This document shows, piece after piece, positions 33,847-43,780 of a DNA stretch of 64,000 nt. A program made the position numbers and the translations under genes. This DNA is from a virus (lineage: Duplodnaviria > Caudoviricetes). The notes under the pieces were generated by a model, which was given only the letters and a program-made list of their open reading frames with translations, did no database searches and was not told the DNA's origin. The DNA lies in IMG/VR virus record IMGVR_UViG_3300005611_000021, positions 743-64,742 of that record. One strand, written 5' to 3'. The first letter of the stretch is position 1, and the number at the start of each line of letters is the position of its first letter.

Positions 33847-34872
33847 ATGTATAAAAATACACACGCAGTAATTCGTCACGACCTAAACGCATTTGTCGAG
33901 GAGGCAGCTTCCACCGACAAACTTTTAATCGGCGCCAAGCTTTGCCCAATGCTTCCGGTTGATGCCCGTGCGGGTCTCTATCCGAAGATTGAAATCGGCA
34001 ATGGCGGTGAACTCCTGAAAAAGGATGCAACCCTTCGTGGTCCTACTGGTACCTACAACGAAACAACCCGCAAATTCATCACTGATACTTATGAGTGTCT
34101 TGATCGTGGTCTCGAGGAGCGGATTGACGATGTTGTAGTTCGTGACTACAAGAAGTTTTTTGATGTCGAGGTTCTTACAGCCAAGCTCATTATGCGTACC
34201 ATGAAGCTTGATTATGAATCTCGTATTTATGATCTCCACCAAACCATCGGTAATTTCCTTAGCCTGGACGCATCTGATGTCAGTCAAAATGGCAATGGAC
34301 CTACAAATAAGACCTGGGGAACGGTTGATGGTCTGGCAGAGTGTGACTTCGCTCTCTTTCTTATGAATCTGATTCGCCAACTGACTATGCGGGGTGAAAC
34401 TCCAAATACATTGGTGATCGGTGAAGAGGCATGGAAGTTTATGCGTCGCACCACCAAACTCAACACTTTCCTCTATGGTTCTCTCGGTACTGGCCTTGGC
34501 TATAAGATGGTCTCGGAAGCTGATATCGCAAAGCAGTTTAGGCTGTCCAATGTGTATATCGTTCACGCCCACATCGATAGTGCAGCTCGCAATAAAGAGG
34601 CAAGCCTGACCCCGCTTTGGGACAATAATAAGGTTTGGCTCGGTGAGGTAAAAGGAGGGGAAATCTCCGGCGGTGGCGCATCCCGTACAATGTGCTGGAC
34701 CCCTGATGGTAGCGGCCTCTTCACCACTGAAACTTACCGGAATGAAACCCGGAGAGGGGATATGGTGCGTGTCCGTCATCACACAGCCGAAAAAATCGTT
34801 AACAAAAATGCTGGTGTCATTGGTCATTTCGCAGCTGCGAATGCTCATGCCAATAGCATCACTTGGAACTAA
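33847..34872 (+). CDS. Major capsid protein (lambda gpE/Mu-like HK97 fold)
   Basis: 341 aa after protease and cement genes; PNTLVIGEEAW; VRVRH near C-terminus; followed by a terminator. Confidence 0.9.
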   Translation: MYKNTHAVIRHDLNAFVEEAASTDKLLIGAKLCPMLPVDARAGLYPKIEIGNGGELLKKDATLRGPTGTYNETTRKFITDTYECLDRGLEERIDDVVVRDYKKFFDVEVLTAKLIMRTMKLDYESRIYDLHQTIGNFLSLDASDVSQNGNGPTNKTWGTVDGLAECDFALFLMNLIRQLTMRGETPNTLVIGEEAWKFMRRTTKLNTFLYGSLGTGLGYKMVSEADIAKQFRLSNVYIVHAHIDSAARNKEASLTPLWDNNKVWLGEVKGGEISGGGASRTMCWTPDGSGLFTTETYRNETRRGDMVRVRHHTAEKIVNKNAGVIGHFAAANAHANSITWN

Positions 34873-34901
34873 GTTTTCCTCGCGGGAAACCGCACTAACG
34901 G

Positions 34902-34934
34902 AAAGGCTTCCTCGATTCTCGGGGGAGCCTTTTT
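34902..34934 (+). terminator. Intrinsic terminator after the capsid gene
   Basis: aaaggcttcc...gggagcctttt. Confidence 0.8.
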
Positions 34935-34941
34935 GTTGACT
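34935..34941 (+). promoter_or_regulatory. GTTGACT motif
   Basis: 20 nt before ATG 34955, immediately after the terminator. Confidence 0.55.
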
Positions 34942-34954
34942 CAACAAATAGGTT

Positions 34955-35302
34955 ATGCCCACTTCACCATTCAATCAGGCTATGAATACCTCATTTGTCG
35001 CTCCAGGGATGCGAATGATGGGTGAACAGATGTGGGTGGATGGAGCTCCTTTCAAGGCCATCTATGATCCGCTTGAGGTTGGGAAGGTTCGTAAGGGTGG
35101 AGGTATGGATACTGATGGAGCCACAACCGTCTTTATTGAGCGTCACATCATCATGAGTCTAAAGATCAATGATGGTTCAATTCTATCCTTCTCTCACCAG
35201 GGCGGCCAGGTTCGCCTTCGTGTGGAATCCATTGAGGATGATGGCAGCAACATTTTGGAAGTCAGGGTTGGTCCTCGCCTCAAGGGAAGCCTTTCATTGT
35301 GA
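34955..35302 (+). CDS. Head-tail joining protein (gpFII-like)
   Basis: 115 aa beta-rich ORF in the expected position. Confidence 0.6.
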   Translation: MPTSPFNQAMNTSFVAPGMRMMGEQMWVDGAPFKAIYDPLEVGKVRKGGGMDTDGATTVFIERHIIMSLKINDGSILSFSHQGGQVRLRVESIEDDGSNILEVRVGPRLKGSLSL

Positions 35303-35457
35303 GTCGATTCCTCAAGCGATTGATCCGCATGGATGAAGAGGATCGCATCCGGGAAAATAGTGAGGCTGTTGAGAAACAGCTTGATTCTACTGGTGAAAAA
35401 ATTTTAGGGTCCACATTCGGGGATGAATGGGATTTACAACCGGAGGAAAATGAATGA
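35299..35457 (+). CDS. Small hypothetical protein (52 aa, not in ORF track)
   Basis: GTGA and ATGA overlaps at the two ends. Confidence 0.5.
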   Translation: MSRFLKRLIRMDEEDRIRENSEAVEKQLDSTGEKILGSTFGDEWDLQPEENE

Positions 35458-35888
35458 GTGGTCCATATCAAGACGTTAAGCGGGAACTCGAGCAGGTGTT
35501 TTGCAATTTGCTCAAAGAGAAGATAGGGGTTGAGTTTAAGCCATATAAGGCAGATGAGGAACTTGACACTCCCTATGGGGTTGTCGCCTGTTCATCCTGT
35601 CGCCCTATTGCCGGGGGCGCCTCTCCTCGGGGATGGAGAGCCGAGGTGAAGGTCGCCTATGTTTCTCACATCGATGAAGTGAACTCCGGGGTACATTCCC
35701 AGAAGGTTGCGGAAATTGAGGATGCTATTAGCCTGGTTCCTCAAGCGGCCGTGGAGGATTATCAACTCCAAGAAAATCACATCAAGGTTGCTGGACTCTT
35801 TATCAAGGAGCATCGGGATCAGAGTGAATCCCAGTCTTTCGGAGATGTCTTCGATGTGGATGTCGGGGTGAATGAATGCAGGGGTTGA
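35454..35888 (+). CDS. Tail completion/terminator-like protein
   Basis: 144 aa; position and alpha/beta pattern. Confidence 0.55.
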   Translation: MSGPYQDVKRELEQVFCNLLKEKIGVEFKPYKADEELDTPYGVVACSSCRPIAGGASPRGWRAEVKVAYVSHIDEVNSGVHSQKVAEIEDAISLVPQAAVEDYQLQENHIKVAGLFIKEHRDQSESQSFGDVFDVDVGVNECRG

Positions 35889-35890
35889 CA
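35884..35890 (+). promoter_or_regulatory. GTTGACA motif
   Basis: 21 nt before ATG 35905. Confidence 0.55.
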
Positions 35891-35904
35891 GCTAAAGCCA
35901 GTAT

Positions 35905-36255
35905 ATGACTACAAAGATCGGAGATTGCGCCTACATTTATGGCATTTCGGGTGATACTGTTGCTGGCATCACTCTTGAGTCTCGCCGTGTGGAGACGGAA
36001 CCTGAATTTGAAAGTACCGCCACAGATGATGACGGCAATGTTGCTGCTGTTGTTCGTGGGGGTGACAAGATCACCTACACCTTGTCTGGATTTGTGGATG
36101 CCAGCCTCGACCTGGATGCTCATGGATGCAAGATTGTGATCGATGGTCATGAGTGTCACGTCGAGAAGTGGGCAATCAACCGATCCAATAATGATTTTGC
36201 CAAATGTGAATTGACCGCCGTGAAGTATCCAAAGGCGGTTGTTTGCTGCTCATAA
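35905..36255 (+). CDS. Tail-tube-like protein, paralogue 1
   Basis: 116 aa all-beta; SNNDF.K.E.T shared with the next gene. Confidence 0.6.
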   Translation: MTTKIGDCAYIYGISGDTVAGITLESRRVETEPEFESTATDDDGNVAAVVRGGDKITYTLSGFVDASLDLDAHGCKIVIDGHECHVEKWAINRSNNDFAKCELTAVKYPKAVVCCS

Positions 36256-36267
36256 CCTTTTCTCGCT

Positions 36268-36603
36268 ATGTCCAAAACTTGTAATGATCTTCTTTTCGGC
36301 ACTACCCGGATCTTCGGGGTTGTCGTTGAATCTCAAAACTCTGAGGCAAGCCCTCAGTACGCAGCGGAAGCCAAGAATAAGGATGGTGAGACAATCGCGA
36401 TCCAGCTTGGCAAGCGTGCGGGTACTTGTACTGTTTCTGGTTACAAGTTGGCAAATGCCCAGACTCCAGCGATCTCATCCAAGTTTGAGTTGAATGGAAA
36501 AACCTTCTTCGTCGATAAAGTGACGGTGATGGAATCCAATAATGACTTCCAGAAGCTTGAGATCACTGGCAAGTTCTGGGATGGTATCACTACCGTTTGT
36601 TAA
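36268..36603 (+). CDS. Tail-tube-like protein, paralogue 2
   Basis: 111 aa; aligns by eye end-to-end with paralogue 1. Confidence 0.6.
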   Translation: MSKTCNDLLFGTTRIFGVVVESQNSEASPQYAAEAKNKDGETIAIQLGKRAGTCTVSGYKLANAQTPAISSKFELNGKTFFVDKVTVMESNNDFQKLEITGKFWDGITTVC

Positions 36604-36606
36604 GAT

Positions 36607-37224
36607 GTGGCCTTTGACGAGACTTTTGCTGAAGCGTGGCTGAATTGCCGCCACAAGGTTTTTGGCTTTCGCCTGAAGCCTCTTTCTATTTGGCATAAGT
36701 TCCTCATCCGGGCATCTGAGATCTCTATCTTTGATGAAGATGGGGAGGTAACGGTCGGAGATGTTTACCGGGCGTGTTTTGTTTGTTGCCTCGAGTATCC
36801 CAAGACTCCCAAACGTGGGAATCGTTGGCTTCACACCATCCGGCTGTTTCTTCACAATAAGGCCAAAGAGACGGAAGCATTCTCGGGTTACATCGGTGAC
36901 TTTGTGACATCCCCTGAGTTTTGGGATAAGAGTGGAAGTGAGAAGTCCTCAAAGGGTAGTGCTCCTGAAGAATTGAGCACAGTTGTCGCTTTGATGATGA
37001 TGGGATTCTCCGAGAAGGAAGCCTGGAATATGCCTCTCGGCAAAGCGTCCTGGTACACGACGGCCTATGCCTCCTGGAAGGGTGCGGATCTTGATTTCGT
37101 CACCGCCAAGGAGAAGGAAATGCAAAAGAACTGGGAAAAGATCAAGGCGGAGATGGAGGCCAATATGCCTTCTTCTATTGACCAATCCCCTGAATCCCCT
37201 GAAGTTGAACCTACAATAAGTTAG
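36607..37224 (+). CDS. Tail assembly chaperone
   Basis: GTG start; directly precedes TMP; MGFSEKEAWNMPL gpT-like motif. Confidence 0.6.
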   Translation: MAFDETFAEAWLNCRHKVFGFRLKPLSIWHKFLIRASEISIFDEDGEVTVGDVYRACFVCCLEYPKTPKRGNRWLHTIRLFLHNKAKETEAFSGYIGDFVTSPEFWDKSGSEKSSKGSAPEELSTVVALMMMGFSEKEAWNMPLGKASWYTTAYASWKGADLDFVTAKEKEMQKNWEKIKAEMEANMPSSIDQSPESPEVEPTIS

Positions 37225-37228
37225 TGCT

Positions 37229-40200
37229 ATGGCGAAGAATAAGCTATTAAGTGGACTCTTGGAAGTCCGAGGTGCCTTGTGGGGTCTGATTGATCCTGCC
37301 ATAGCTTTTGCGGAAACAGGAAAGAAGTCTTCCGCGATTTGGGCTGGCCTTCGCGGTGTGTTGATGGATAAAGTCCTTGGTCCCTTGTCTTTGGTTTCGG
37401 GGGGGGTGATCGGTTTGCTCGGTACAATCAAGCTTGTTACGAATCAAATGGATCTCCTCGCTAAGGGTATGACGAAGCTTCGCCAGCTTGAAATGCTGAA
37501 GACTCAGTTTCAGCCTCTCGTTGGGGGGGCGATCTCCGCGAAAAAGCGTCTCCAGGAATTGTATGTATTTGCTGCCCGGACCCCTTTCCAGCTTCATGAG
37601 ATTGCGGAGGCTTCCAAGACCCTTGAGGTTTTGACTCGAGGTGCGATCTCAACAGGTAAGGGTTTGAGAATGGTCGGTGATGCAGCGGCCGTCTCCGGGA
37701 ATGGTATGCAGTCTGTGGCCTTCTGGGTCGGCCGACTCTATGATGGACTCAAATCCGGTCGTCCGATTGGTGAAGCTACCAACCGTTTGCAGGAGATGGG
37801 TTTGATGACAGGAGAGGTGCGAACCCGTGTGGAAACTCTTTCGAAATCCGGTGCTGAATTCAGTATGGTTTGGAAAGAGGTTGAGAAAGGCATGGAGCGA
37901 ATGGATGGGGGTATGGATCAGCTTTCCAAGACGATGATTGGTCTTGAATCCACCCTTGCTGATATCCGGGAACAATTTGAGGCATCCTTCGCGGAGCCAT
38001 TCCAGGCAGGAGAGGCCGCATCCATCAAGGGCATGACGGAGTTGCTGGTTGCTCTTGAGGCTCCGGTCTCTCGAATTGGTCACTGGCTTGGAGTTGGTTC
38101 GAATATGATGGCCAAATTTATCGGTACTATCGGGAATCTGGCCAAGAGTGCCACAGGTGGAGGGCGAGGTCTTGAATACCTTGTGGATTCCTTTGTGGCC
38201 CTTGGGGGGGCGATTGTTATCACTCAGTTGATTACTTCCACCAAGGCCATCATTGATATGACTAAGGCCACCAGGGGTCTTGCTCAGGCAAATTGGCTGC
38301 TGACCGCAAGTGAGAATGCCAAGGGTCTAGGAAACCTGATGTCAAGGAATCGGGCTCAACGCCAAGCGGATATCGCTGCCCATCGCCGTCGTTATGGTAC
38401 TGATCCTAAGAAGAAGTTTGGTGGGGGTATGGGTGATTTTTTCCGGGATCTCTTTTTTGGTTTGGGTGCATTAGAGGTTCTTGATCGAGATGCGCAGGGT
38501 AATGTAAAGAAGGACAGTGCTGGAAATGATGTGAGGCGAAAGGCCACTCGTGGGGAGAAGGGGAAAGCCTTGGGTGGATTCCTGTTGAGAGCTTTAGCGA
38601 ATCCACTCGCCTTGATAAAAGACATCATTGTTGGTTTGGGTCGGGCGATCGCTGCGGCCTTCGGTCCGATCGGTGCCGTCGTTGCCGCGGTTGCCGCGAT
38701 TGGTATTTCTTTCTATCGGATGTATTCCGGCGCCGCCAAGACTCGTACGGAAGTCAAGGAGATGAATAAGGAGTTTCAGGAATTCAAGAAGGTTGTGGAT
38801 GATTCTACCAAATCCATGAAGACCTTCTCGGATAAGTCTGCTCTCATCACCAAGATCAAGGAAAAGATTTCTGCGGCAAAGGATGAGTTGCTGAAGCTTC
38901 AGAAAGAGGAGGAGAATGAGGGGTACTTTACGGATGTTGGTGAGCGTGCTATGGGTACGGATACTGCCAAAATCGATGCTCAGAAGAAGTTGATTATGGC
39001 TCTCCAGGGTGAATTGGAGAAGGTTTATGCAATCGAATCCTCAACACTCACCATCGGGAAGGCTCGGGAAGCTCAACTTGCTCGTCAGCTTGACTTGGCT
39101 GAACGGATGAGTGCTTTGGAATTTGATTTCCGGATGGGATCGGATAGTCCTGCCGCCCAGATCTCTGCCATGGATACCCGTCGGGAGTATCTTCGAAACC
39201 AGATCGAGCAGGCTCAAGCCACAGAGCAGGGTGATGTGATGAAGGATGAATTCACCCGCTCAGATCAACGAGCTCGCTACCTTCTCTCTGCTGAGAGATA
39301 TAAGAATGAGGAAGAGGAAATGTATGCCCGGATGGGTGTGTGGGGAAAGATGGCTGAACGGAAGCAGGTTCAGGCAGATATCAAAAAGCTTGAGAAAGAA
39401 GATGAGGATAATCTCCAAAACAACAACGCGAAGAAGATCAAAAATCTCAAAGAGCAGGAAAAGAAGCTTGGTGTTGAGATTGAATCAGGCTTGGATAAAG
39501 CCCCTGGCTGGATGCACGCTCGAGTCAATGACGCAAGGCGAGCGCGGGAGCGGATCAACAGGCTTTATGGGGATGGCTCCATCTCTCAATATGCAGGCAC
39601 GATTTCCAAGGAAGATATCGCCAGGGTCTCCAAGCATGGATACTCGGATGAATTAGGTATCCGGGTCCAGGAGGGACGCATGGGGGCAGAGACCTCCCAA
39701 TCGAAAAAGCTCGCAGCGGAATATACGCTTCAGAATGACACGACACTGAATGCTGAACAGAAGCGAGCATTGCAGAGTATTATTGATATTGAGAAAGTTC
39801 GTCTCGATAAACTGAATGAATTCATCCTCGCTCAACAGAAACTTAAAGAGGAGATCCGGCAACAAAACCGGGAAATGCGACTTTCCCTTGCCCTGATTGA
39901 TGCCGAGCGTGGTCGTCGCCAGGCTCTTGTTGGTGTTTTTAATCAAACTGAAGGCTCGCAGCGTAAGCGTCTCGAGGCAACACGGGATGAGGCGGCCGCA
40001 AGGTTGGAAGCTGAGAAAAAGTATGGTGGGGGAACCCAGGCAATAAAGGATCTCAAACAGGAAATCACCTTTCTTAGTGGAAAGGGTCATGGGGTTGGTG
40101 GCAAAGAGGGGTCTCGCCTTAACATGAATGGCCAAACCAACGCGGAGTATGCTATGGCCCAGAGTGGGGCTCAGACTCGTGAGGAACAGGAGGCATGGCT

Positions 40201-41044
40201 TCGTCGGGAGATTGCCCAGAAGAAGAAAGCCTTAGCTGATGCGGAAGCTGCAAATGCGGGCGTCATCAATGCCACAAACGCCTTGGCTGATGCGGAAAAG
40301 AACCTGGCTCAGTTTTTCAAAGATACAGAAGAACGTCTTCGGAAAGCTGTGTATCAGCTCGATAAGGAATTTACGGATCTCAAGGTTGCTGAAGCTTTTT
40401 CAAGTATAACCGCAAAGCAAGCTGCGGGAATGGATACTGGTCTCTTGCTTGATTTTGCCGCGAGAAACCTGCGACAACAAGAGCAGGCGGATGAGGCTGA
40501 GTTTCGCCGCAAGACTCGCTCTCGCTTGAAATCTGAAGGTATAGAAGGTGATGAACTGGATAATCTTGTGAATCGAGCAGTGAGTCAGCGTAAGCAAGAA
40601 TTTGAGAATGCTGGCCTCCAACAGGATTCACAGGCCGCGGATGAGAAAGCCTTAGCTGAACTTCGTTTCAAACAACGTGCTGGACTGGTTGGAGTGAAGG
40701 ATGTTCGCCAGAAAGAATTCGATATCTTTGCCAGGGAAGAACTCAAGAAGCAGATCCGTATTTCCGCTCGGGAGGGTGGGACAGATGAGGAAATTCGGGC
40801 TCGTGCGGTAAACCGGACCCAAGAGAAGCTTCAGGCGAAAGTCTTGGATTCCCTTCCTGAACAAAAACTCTTAGCGGATTCCCTTCGCCGGATCGGTGCA
40901 GGGGGCCGTGCGGTTGCCAATGATCCTCTTAAAATTCTTGCTGAACGACAGCTTCAGGCTAATGAAGCCATCCGTACAAATACTGGCATCATAGTGGACA
41001 AGCTCGACAATCTTAAACCGAAAGACCAAGTGATAGGCCAATGA
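37229..41044 (+). CDS. Tape measure protein
   Basis: 1271 aa; tape-measure N-terminal domain (FAARTPFQLHEI...GRPIGE), hydrophobic segments, long coiled coil. Confidence 0.9.
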   Translation: MAKNKLLSGLLEVRGALWGLIDPAIAFAETGKKSSAIWAGLRGVLMDKVLGPLSLVSGGVIGLLGTIKLVTNQMDLLAKGMTKLRQLEMLKTQFQPLVGGAISAKKRLQELYVFAARTPFQLHEIAEASKTLEVLTRGAISTGKGLRMVGDAAAVSGNGMQSVAFWVGRLYDGLKSGRPIGEATNRLQEMGLMTGEVRTRVETLSKSGAEFSMVWKEVEKGMERMDGGMDQLSKTMIGLESTLADIREQFEASFAEPFQAGEAASIKGMTELLVALEAPVSRIGHWLGVGSNMMAKFIGTIGNLAKSATGGGRGLEYLVDSFVALGGAIVITQLITSTKAIIDMTKATRGLAQANWLLTASENAKGLGNLMSRNRAQRQADIAAHRRRYGTDPKKKFGGGMGDFFRDLFFGLGALEVLDRDAQGNVKKDSAGNDVRRKATRGEKGKALGGFLLRALANPLALIKDIIVGLGRAIAAAFGPIGAVVAAVAAIGISFYRMYSGAAKTRTEVKEMNKEFQEFKKVVDDSTKSMKTFSDKSALITKIKEKISAAKDELLKLQKEEENEGYFTDVGERAMGTDTAKIDAQKKLIMALQGELEKVYAIESSTLTIGKAREAQLARQLDLAERMSALEFDFRMGSDSPAAQISAMDTRREYLRNQIEQAQATEQGDVMKDEFTRSDQRARYLLSAERYKNEEEEMYARMGVWGKMAERKQVQADIKKLEKEDEDNLQNNNAKKIKNLKEQEKKLGVEIESGLDKAPGWMHARVNDARRARERINRLYGDGSISQYAGTISKEDIARVSKHGYSDELGIRVQEGRMGAETSQSKKLAAEYTLQNDTTLNAEQKRALQSIIDIEKVRLDKLNEFILAQQKLKEEIRQQNREMRLSLALIDAERGRRQALVGVFNQTEGSQRKRLEATRDEAAARLEAEKKYGGGTQAIKDLKQEITFLSGKGHGVGGKEGSRLNMNGQTNAEYAMAQSGAQTREEQEAWLRREIAQKKKALADAEAANAGVINATNALADAEKNLAQFFKDTEERLRKAVYQLDKEFTDLKVAEAFSSITAKQAAGMDTGLLLDFAARNLRQQEQADEAEFRRKTRSRLKSEGIEGDELDNLVNRAVSQRKQEFENAGLQQDSQAADEKALAELRFKQRAGLVGVKDVRQKEFDIFAREELKKQIRISAREGGTDEEIRARAVNRTQEKLQAKVLDSLPEQKLLADSLRRIGAGGRAVANDPLKILAERQLQANEAIRTNTGIIVDKLDNLKPKDQVIGQ

Positions 41045-41817
41045 GTTGCATTACAGGATTAAAACGAGGAGAGGGATCTCAACTCAGACTCAATTACACT
41101 GGATTAGATACCTACACGGAGCCATACACTGGCCCCAAAGGTGATTCTGATCGCCTGATTCCCGCTTTGGGGTCTTCTCATTATCGTCATCGGGAACTCT
41201 ACCTTAGCGAGGCCACGATCACAGAAGGCAAGGCTTTCGATAGTGTTGTCCTTGTCTATAAGGGATTTCATCCAAAGTCTTCCGCTAATGGTGTTGGGGG
41301 GAAGCGTAAGGCACCTACCGGGGGGGCAGGATCTTCCCTGATTGAGCAACCGATCGCGACTCACCCCGATTACAAAACCGTGTTCGGTGCGGGCCCGAGC
41401 CCTAATGCTTATGGCCGTATCACGGATGAATCAGGGATGTTCAAGCATTTTGGTCCCCTTCCTGATGGTTTGGATGGGAGACCTGCGCCAGCCGCGGCAG
41501 TTGGAGCTGATAAATTGATAGGTGTTGAATCATTTGTGGATGCGGGGGCTGCAAGCTTCCGGTATTCATTAACCACGGAAAAACAATGGGCGCCGACAGG
41601 CCAGATGGGTAGAATTGTTACTATTCACTCCAAAACGATTGCCGTCCCTGCTCTTACCGGTGGGAGGAATTGGATGCTCATGAGTGTGGATGAGGAGAGT
41701 CTTGTGGTTGCGCCTGGGAAAACCTTCCACAAAACCACTCTGAATTTTCAGAGCAGTGGAGAGGGGGGTTGGAATCCATTGATTTACAAAGAGGGGGGAG
41801 ACATTACTCTTGAATAA
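41041..41817 (+). CDS. Putative distal tail/hub protein
   Basis: Coupled to TMP; GGWNPLIY terminal motif. Confidence 0.55.
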   Translation: MSCITGLKRGEGSQLRLNYTGLDTYTEPYTGPKGDSDRLIPALGSSHYRHRELYLSEATITEGKAFDSVVLVYKGFHPKSSANGVGGKRKAPTGGAGSSLIEQPIATHPDYKTVFGAGPSPNAYGRITDESGMFKHFGPLPDGLDGRPAPAAAVGADKLIGVESFVDAGAASFRYSLTTEKQWAPTGQMGRIVTIHSKTIAVPALTGGRNWMLMSVDEESLVVAPGKTFHKTTLNFQSSGEGGWNPLIYKEGGDITLE

Positions 41818-43780
41818 CTTCCTTTCCAATCTCACTCAGATTATACCTGGGACAAAGCTGACGGATGCTCTTACAGCAACCAGGCTTAATGCGATTCAGG
41901 ATGCGATCAAGGCTCTTGCTCGTGGTGAGAATCTAAAGGCTGGCCCGAACACGACAATTAAACGAAACTTATCAGGGGTTTCCATTGCTGCACTCCTTGA
42001 GGGAGATGATGTAGAAAACCCACTGCGAACATGGGCGTGGTCTGCCGAGGGTGTTCAAACGGCCATCAAGGGCATAGGGCAAGCCATGGGCGGCCTCCAC
42101 TTGACTGAGGGTATTGATATCCCCTATCCGAATGAGGAGGGTGTAGGTGGTCCGAGTGAATCTCGCGCACCAACCAAGCCGCTAAATATCACACCCCGCC
42201 TTGTAGATATTGCATTGCATGGTGAGAATTTCGTGGAAACCCGAGGCTCCTACCTTCGATTCTTGGAACCCGGATTCTATGAGGTGGAGATTGATACTGC
42301 CTCCATGCTCAAGCTTGAGGCAGAGGAGGAGCTTTGGAATTACCACAATATGACAATCCTCAAGTGGGCGGCCATCGGTGGAGCTGTTCGGCGTAAGAAA
42401 TCTGGAGAGGTTGTCCCGGTCACAGACGCTCGACAGATCGGGCACACCAATCCGGTGAGTGCGTCGGTCATCACAGAAACTATCAACACCTCCAAGCGTT
42501 CACCCCATGACATGAACGCAAACATTGCTTTTCGCTTCTATGCTCACAATGACATTCCTCATTGCGTGGATACGGATGCAGTCATTCGTCCCTACTATTG
42601 CTCAACCCATGATGTGAATGGCGGAGCCAGGGAAGAGTTTGGGTATCACATCGAGCCGGCTGATCCTGAATATCCCTCCATGGAGTGCCCAGAGTACGAT
42701 GATCGGTATCTTGAATTCACTGTCCCTGGCTTCCAGTGGGCGCCGTTTGAGGTGGAGGTTGAGATTGATGATATTTCCATCCCTACCTTCACTCCCGGAG
42801 TGACCGTCACGGAGGAACCTGTGTTGGTGGCATGGCAGACCCCACCGATCCACATTCCAAATAAAACTCTTGAGGGAACTGTCTCCTGTCAAGAGATCCA
42901 GATTGATGCGATCGAGTTGGAGGTGACTGTTGAATGCGATGAATCTGTCGCCGTCCAGATCCCGCCGATCGAGGATATTGAGATCCCGGTAGAGGTTTCT
43001 GATTCTTGTTCTCACTATCAGTCAGATCCGTGCGAGATTGAGGTTGGTCCTATCACGATTGAGATCCCTGAGTTTGAGGTCCCTTGCTGTTGCCCGGATG
43101 TATCTGTCAGTGATGTGGAGATTCCTGCCTTCACTCCTGTATGTAGCGTTGAGATTGAAGAACTCACCTATGAGGATATTTACCTCCCTGTCGTGGAGCA
43201 GTACATTCCCGGCGGCCAACACTCCGTTGAGGTGGCCCCGATCTCGATTGATGATGTTTCTGTTGAGGGTAGGGCTCAAATCCAGATCCCTCCCATTCCT
43301 GACGTTGATTTGAAGGTTCTGCTTCCTGAGCCTTATGAGCCAGAGGAGCGTGTCCCTGGCGAATCCTGCTCGGAGCCACCGGAAGATGATGAACTCATGT
43401 CTCCGGGTGTTTGGACAGATGGGGGGAAATCGAAATTCTGCCTCGAAGTCCTTCCCCGGAAGCCTAAAGAAGCTTATGGCCCCCGCAATCGTTGGGGGCT
43501 TGATCCAGAAGACTACAAGATTCGATACATGGAAATCGAGGGGTCTGAGGTGAAAATCGTTAAGGAACTCGAAAATACCATTTCCTTCTTTGCTCACACT
43601 GCCCACTACGAGCGGGAGAGTAAGGATCACCCCTCCAATGATCCCCGGTGGATGGATAAACAGGCAGAGCTTCTGAAACTCCATGTCCATATCAAGAGAC
43701 TTGGTGAGATTGAGAACATTACCCATATTGATCGCCCCGCAGGTTTGCCGGGTGACTTGTCCGAAAAGAGATACAAGTGA
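41810..43780 (+). CDS. Tail tip/fibre-like protein with acidic Ile-Pro repeats
   Basis: 656 aa; many xEIPxF / PPIxI repeats with interspersed Cys. Confidence 0.6.
   Translation: MNNFLSNLTQIIPGTKLTDALTATRLNAIQDAIKALARGENLKAGPNTTIKRNLSGVSIAALLEGDDVENPLRTWAWSAEGVQTAIKGIGQAMGGLHLTEGIDIPYPNEEGVGGPSESRAPTKPLNITPRLVDIALHGENFVETRGSYLRFLEPGFYEVEIDTASMLKLEAEEELWNYHNMTILKWAAIGGAVRRKKSGEVVPVTDARQIGHTNPVSASVITETINTSKRSPHDMNANIAFRFYAHNDIPHCVDTDAVIRPYYCSTHDVNGGAREEFGYHIEPADPEYPSMECPEYDDRYLEFTVPGFQWAPFEVEVEIDDISIPTFTPGVTVTEEPVLVAWQTPPIHIPNKTLEGTVSCQEIQIDAIELEVTVECDESVAVQIPPIEDIEIPVEVSDSCSHYQSDPCEIEVGPITIEIPEFEVPCCCPDVSVSDVEIPAFTPVCSVEIEELTYEDIYLPVVEQYIPGGQHSVEVAPISIDDVSVEGRAQIQIPPIPDVDLKVLLPEPYEPEERVPGESCSEPPEDDELMSPGVWTDGGKSKFCLEVLPRKPKEAYGPRNRWGLDPEDYKIRYMEIEGSEVKIVKELENTISFFAHTAHYERESKDHPSNDPRWMDKQAELLKLHVHIKRLGEIENITHIDRPAGLPGDLSEKRYK

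Noticed and set aside
33925-34974. 349-aa minus-strand ORF
   Set aside because: Antisense shadow of the major capsid gene with no motifs; likewise 27479-28582, 43022-43876 and 806-1567.
37125-37145. GGGAAAA as a lambda G/GT -1 frameshift site in the tail chaperone
   Set aside because: Wrong codon phase (TGG GAA AAG), and the gpT-like motif is already in the same ORF.
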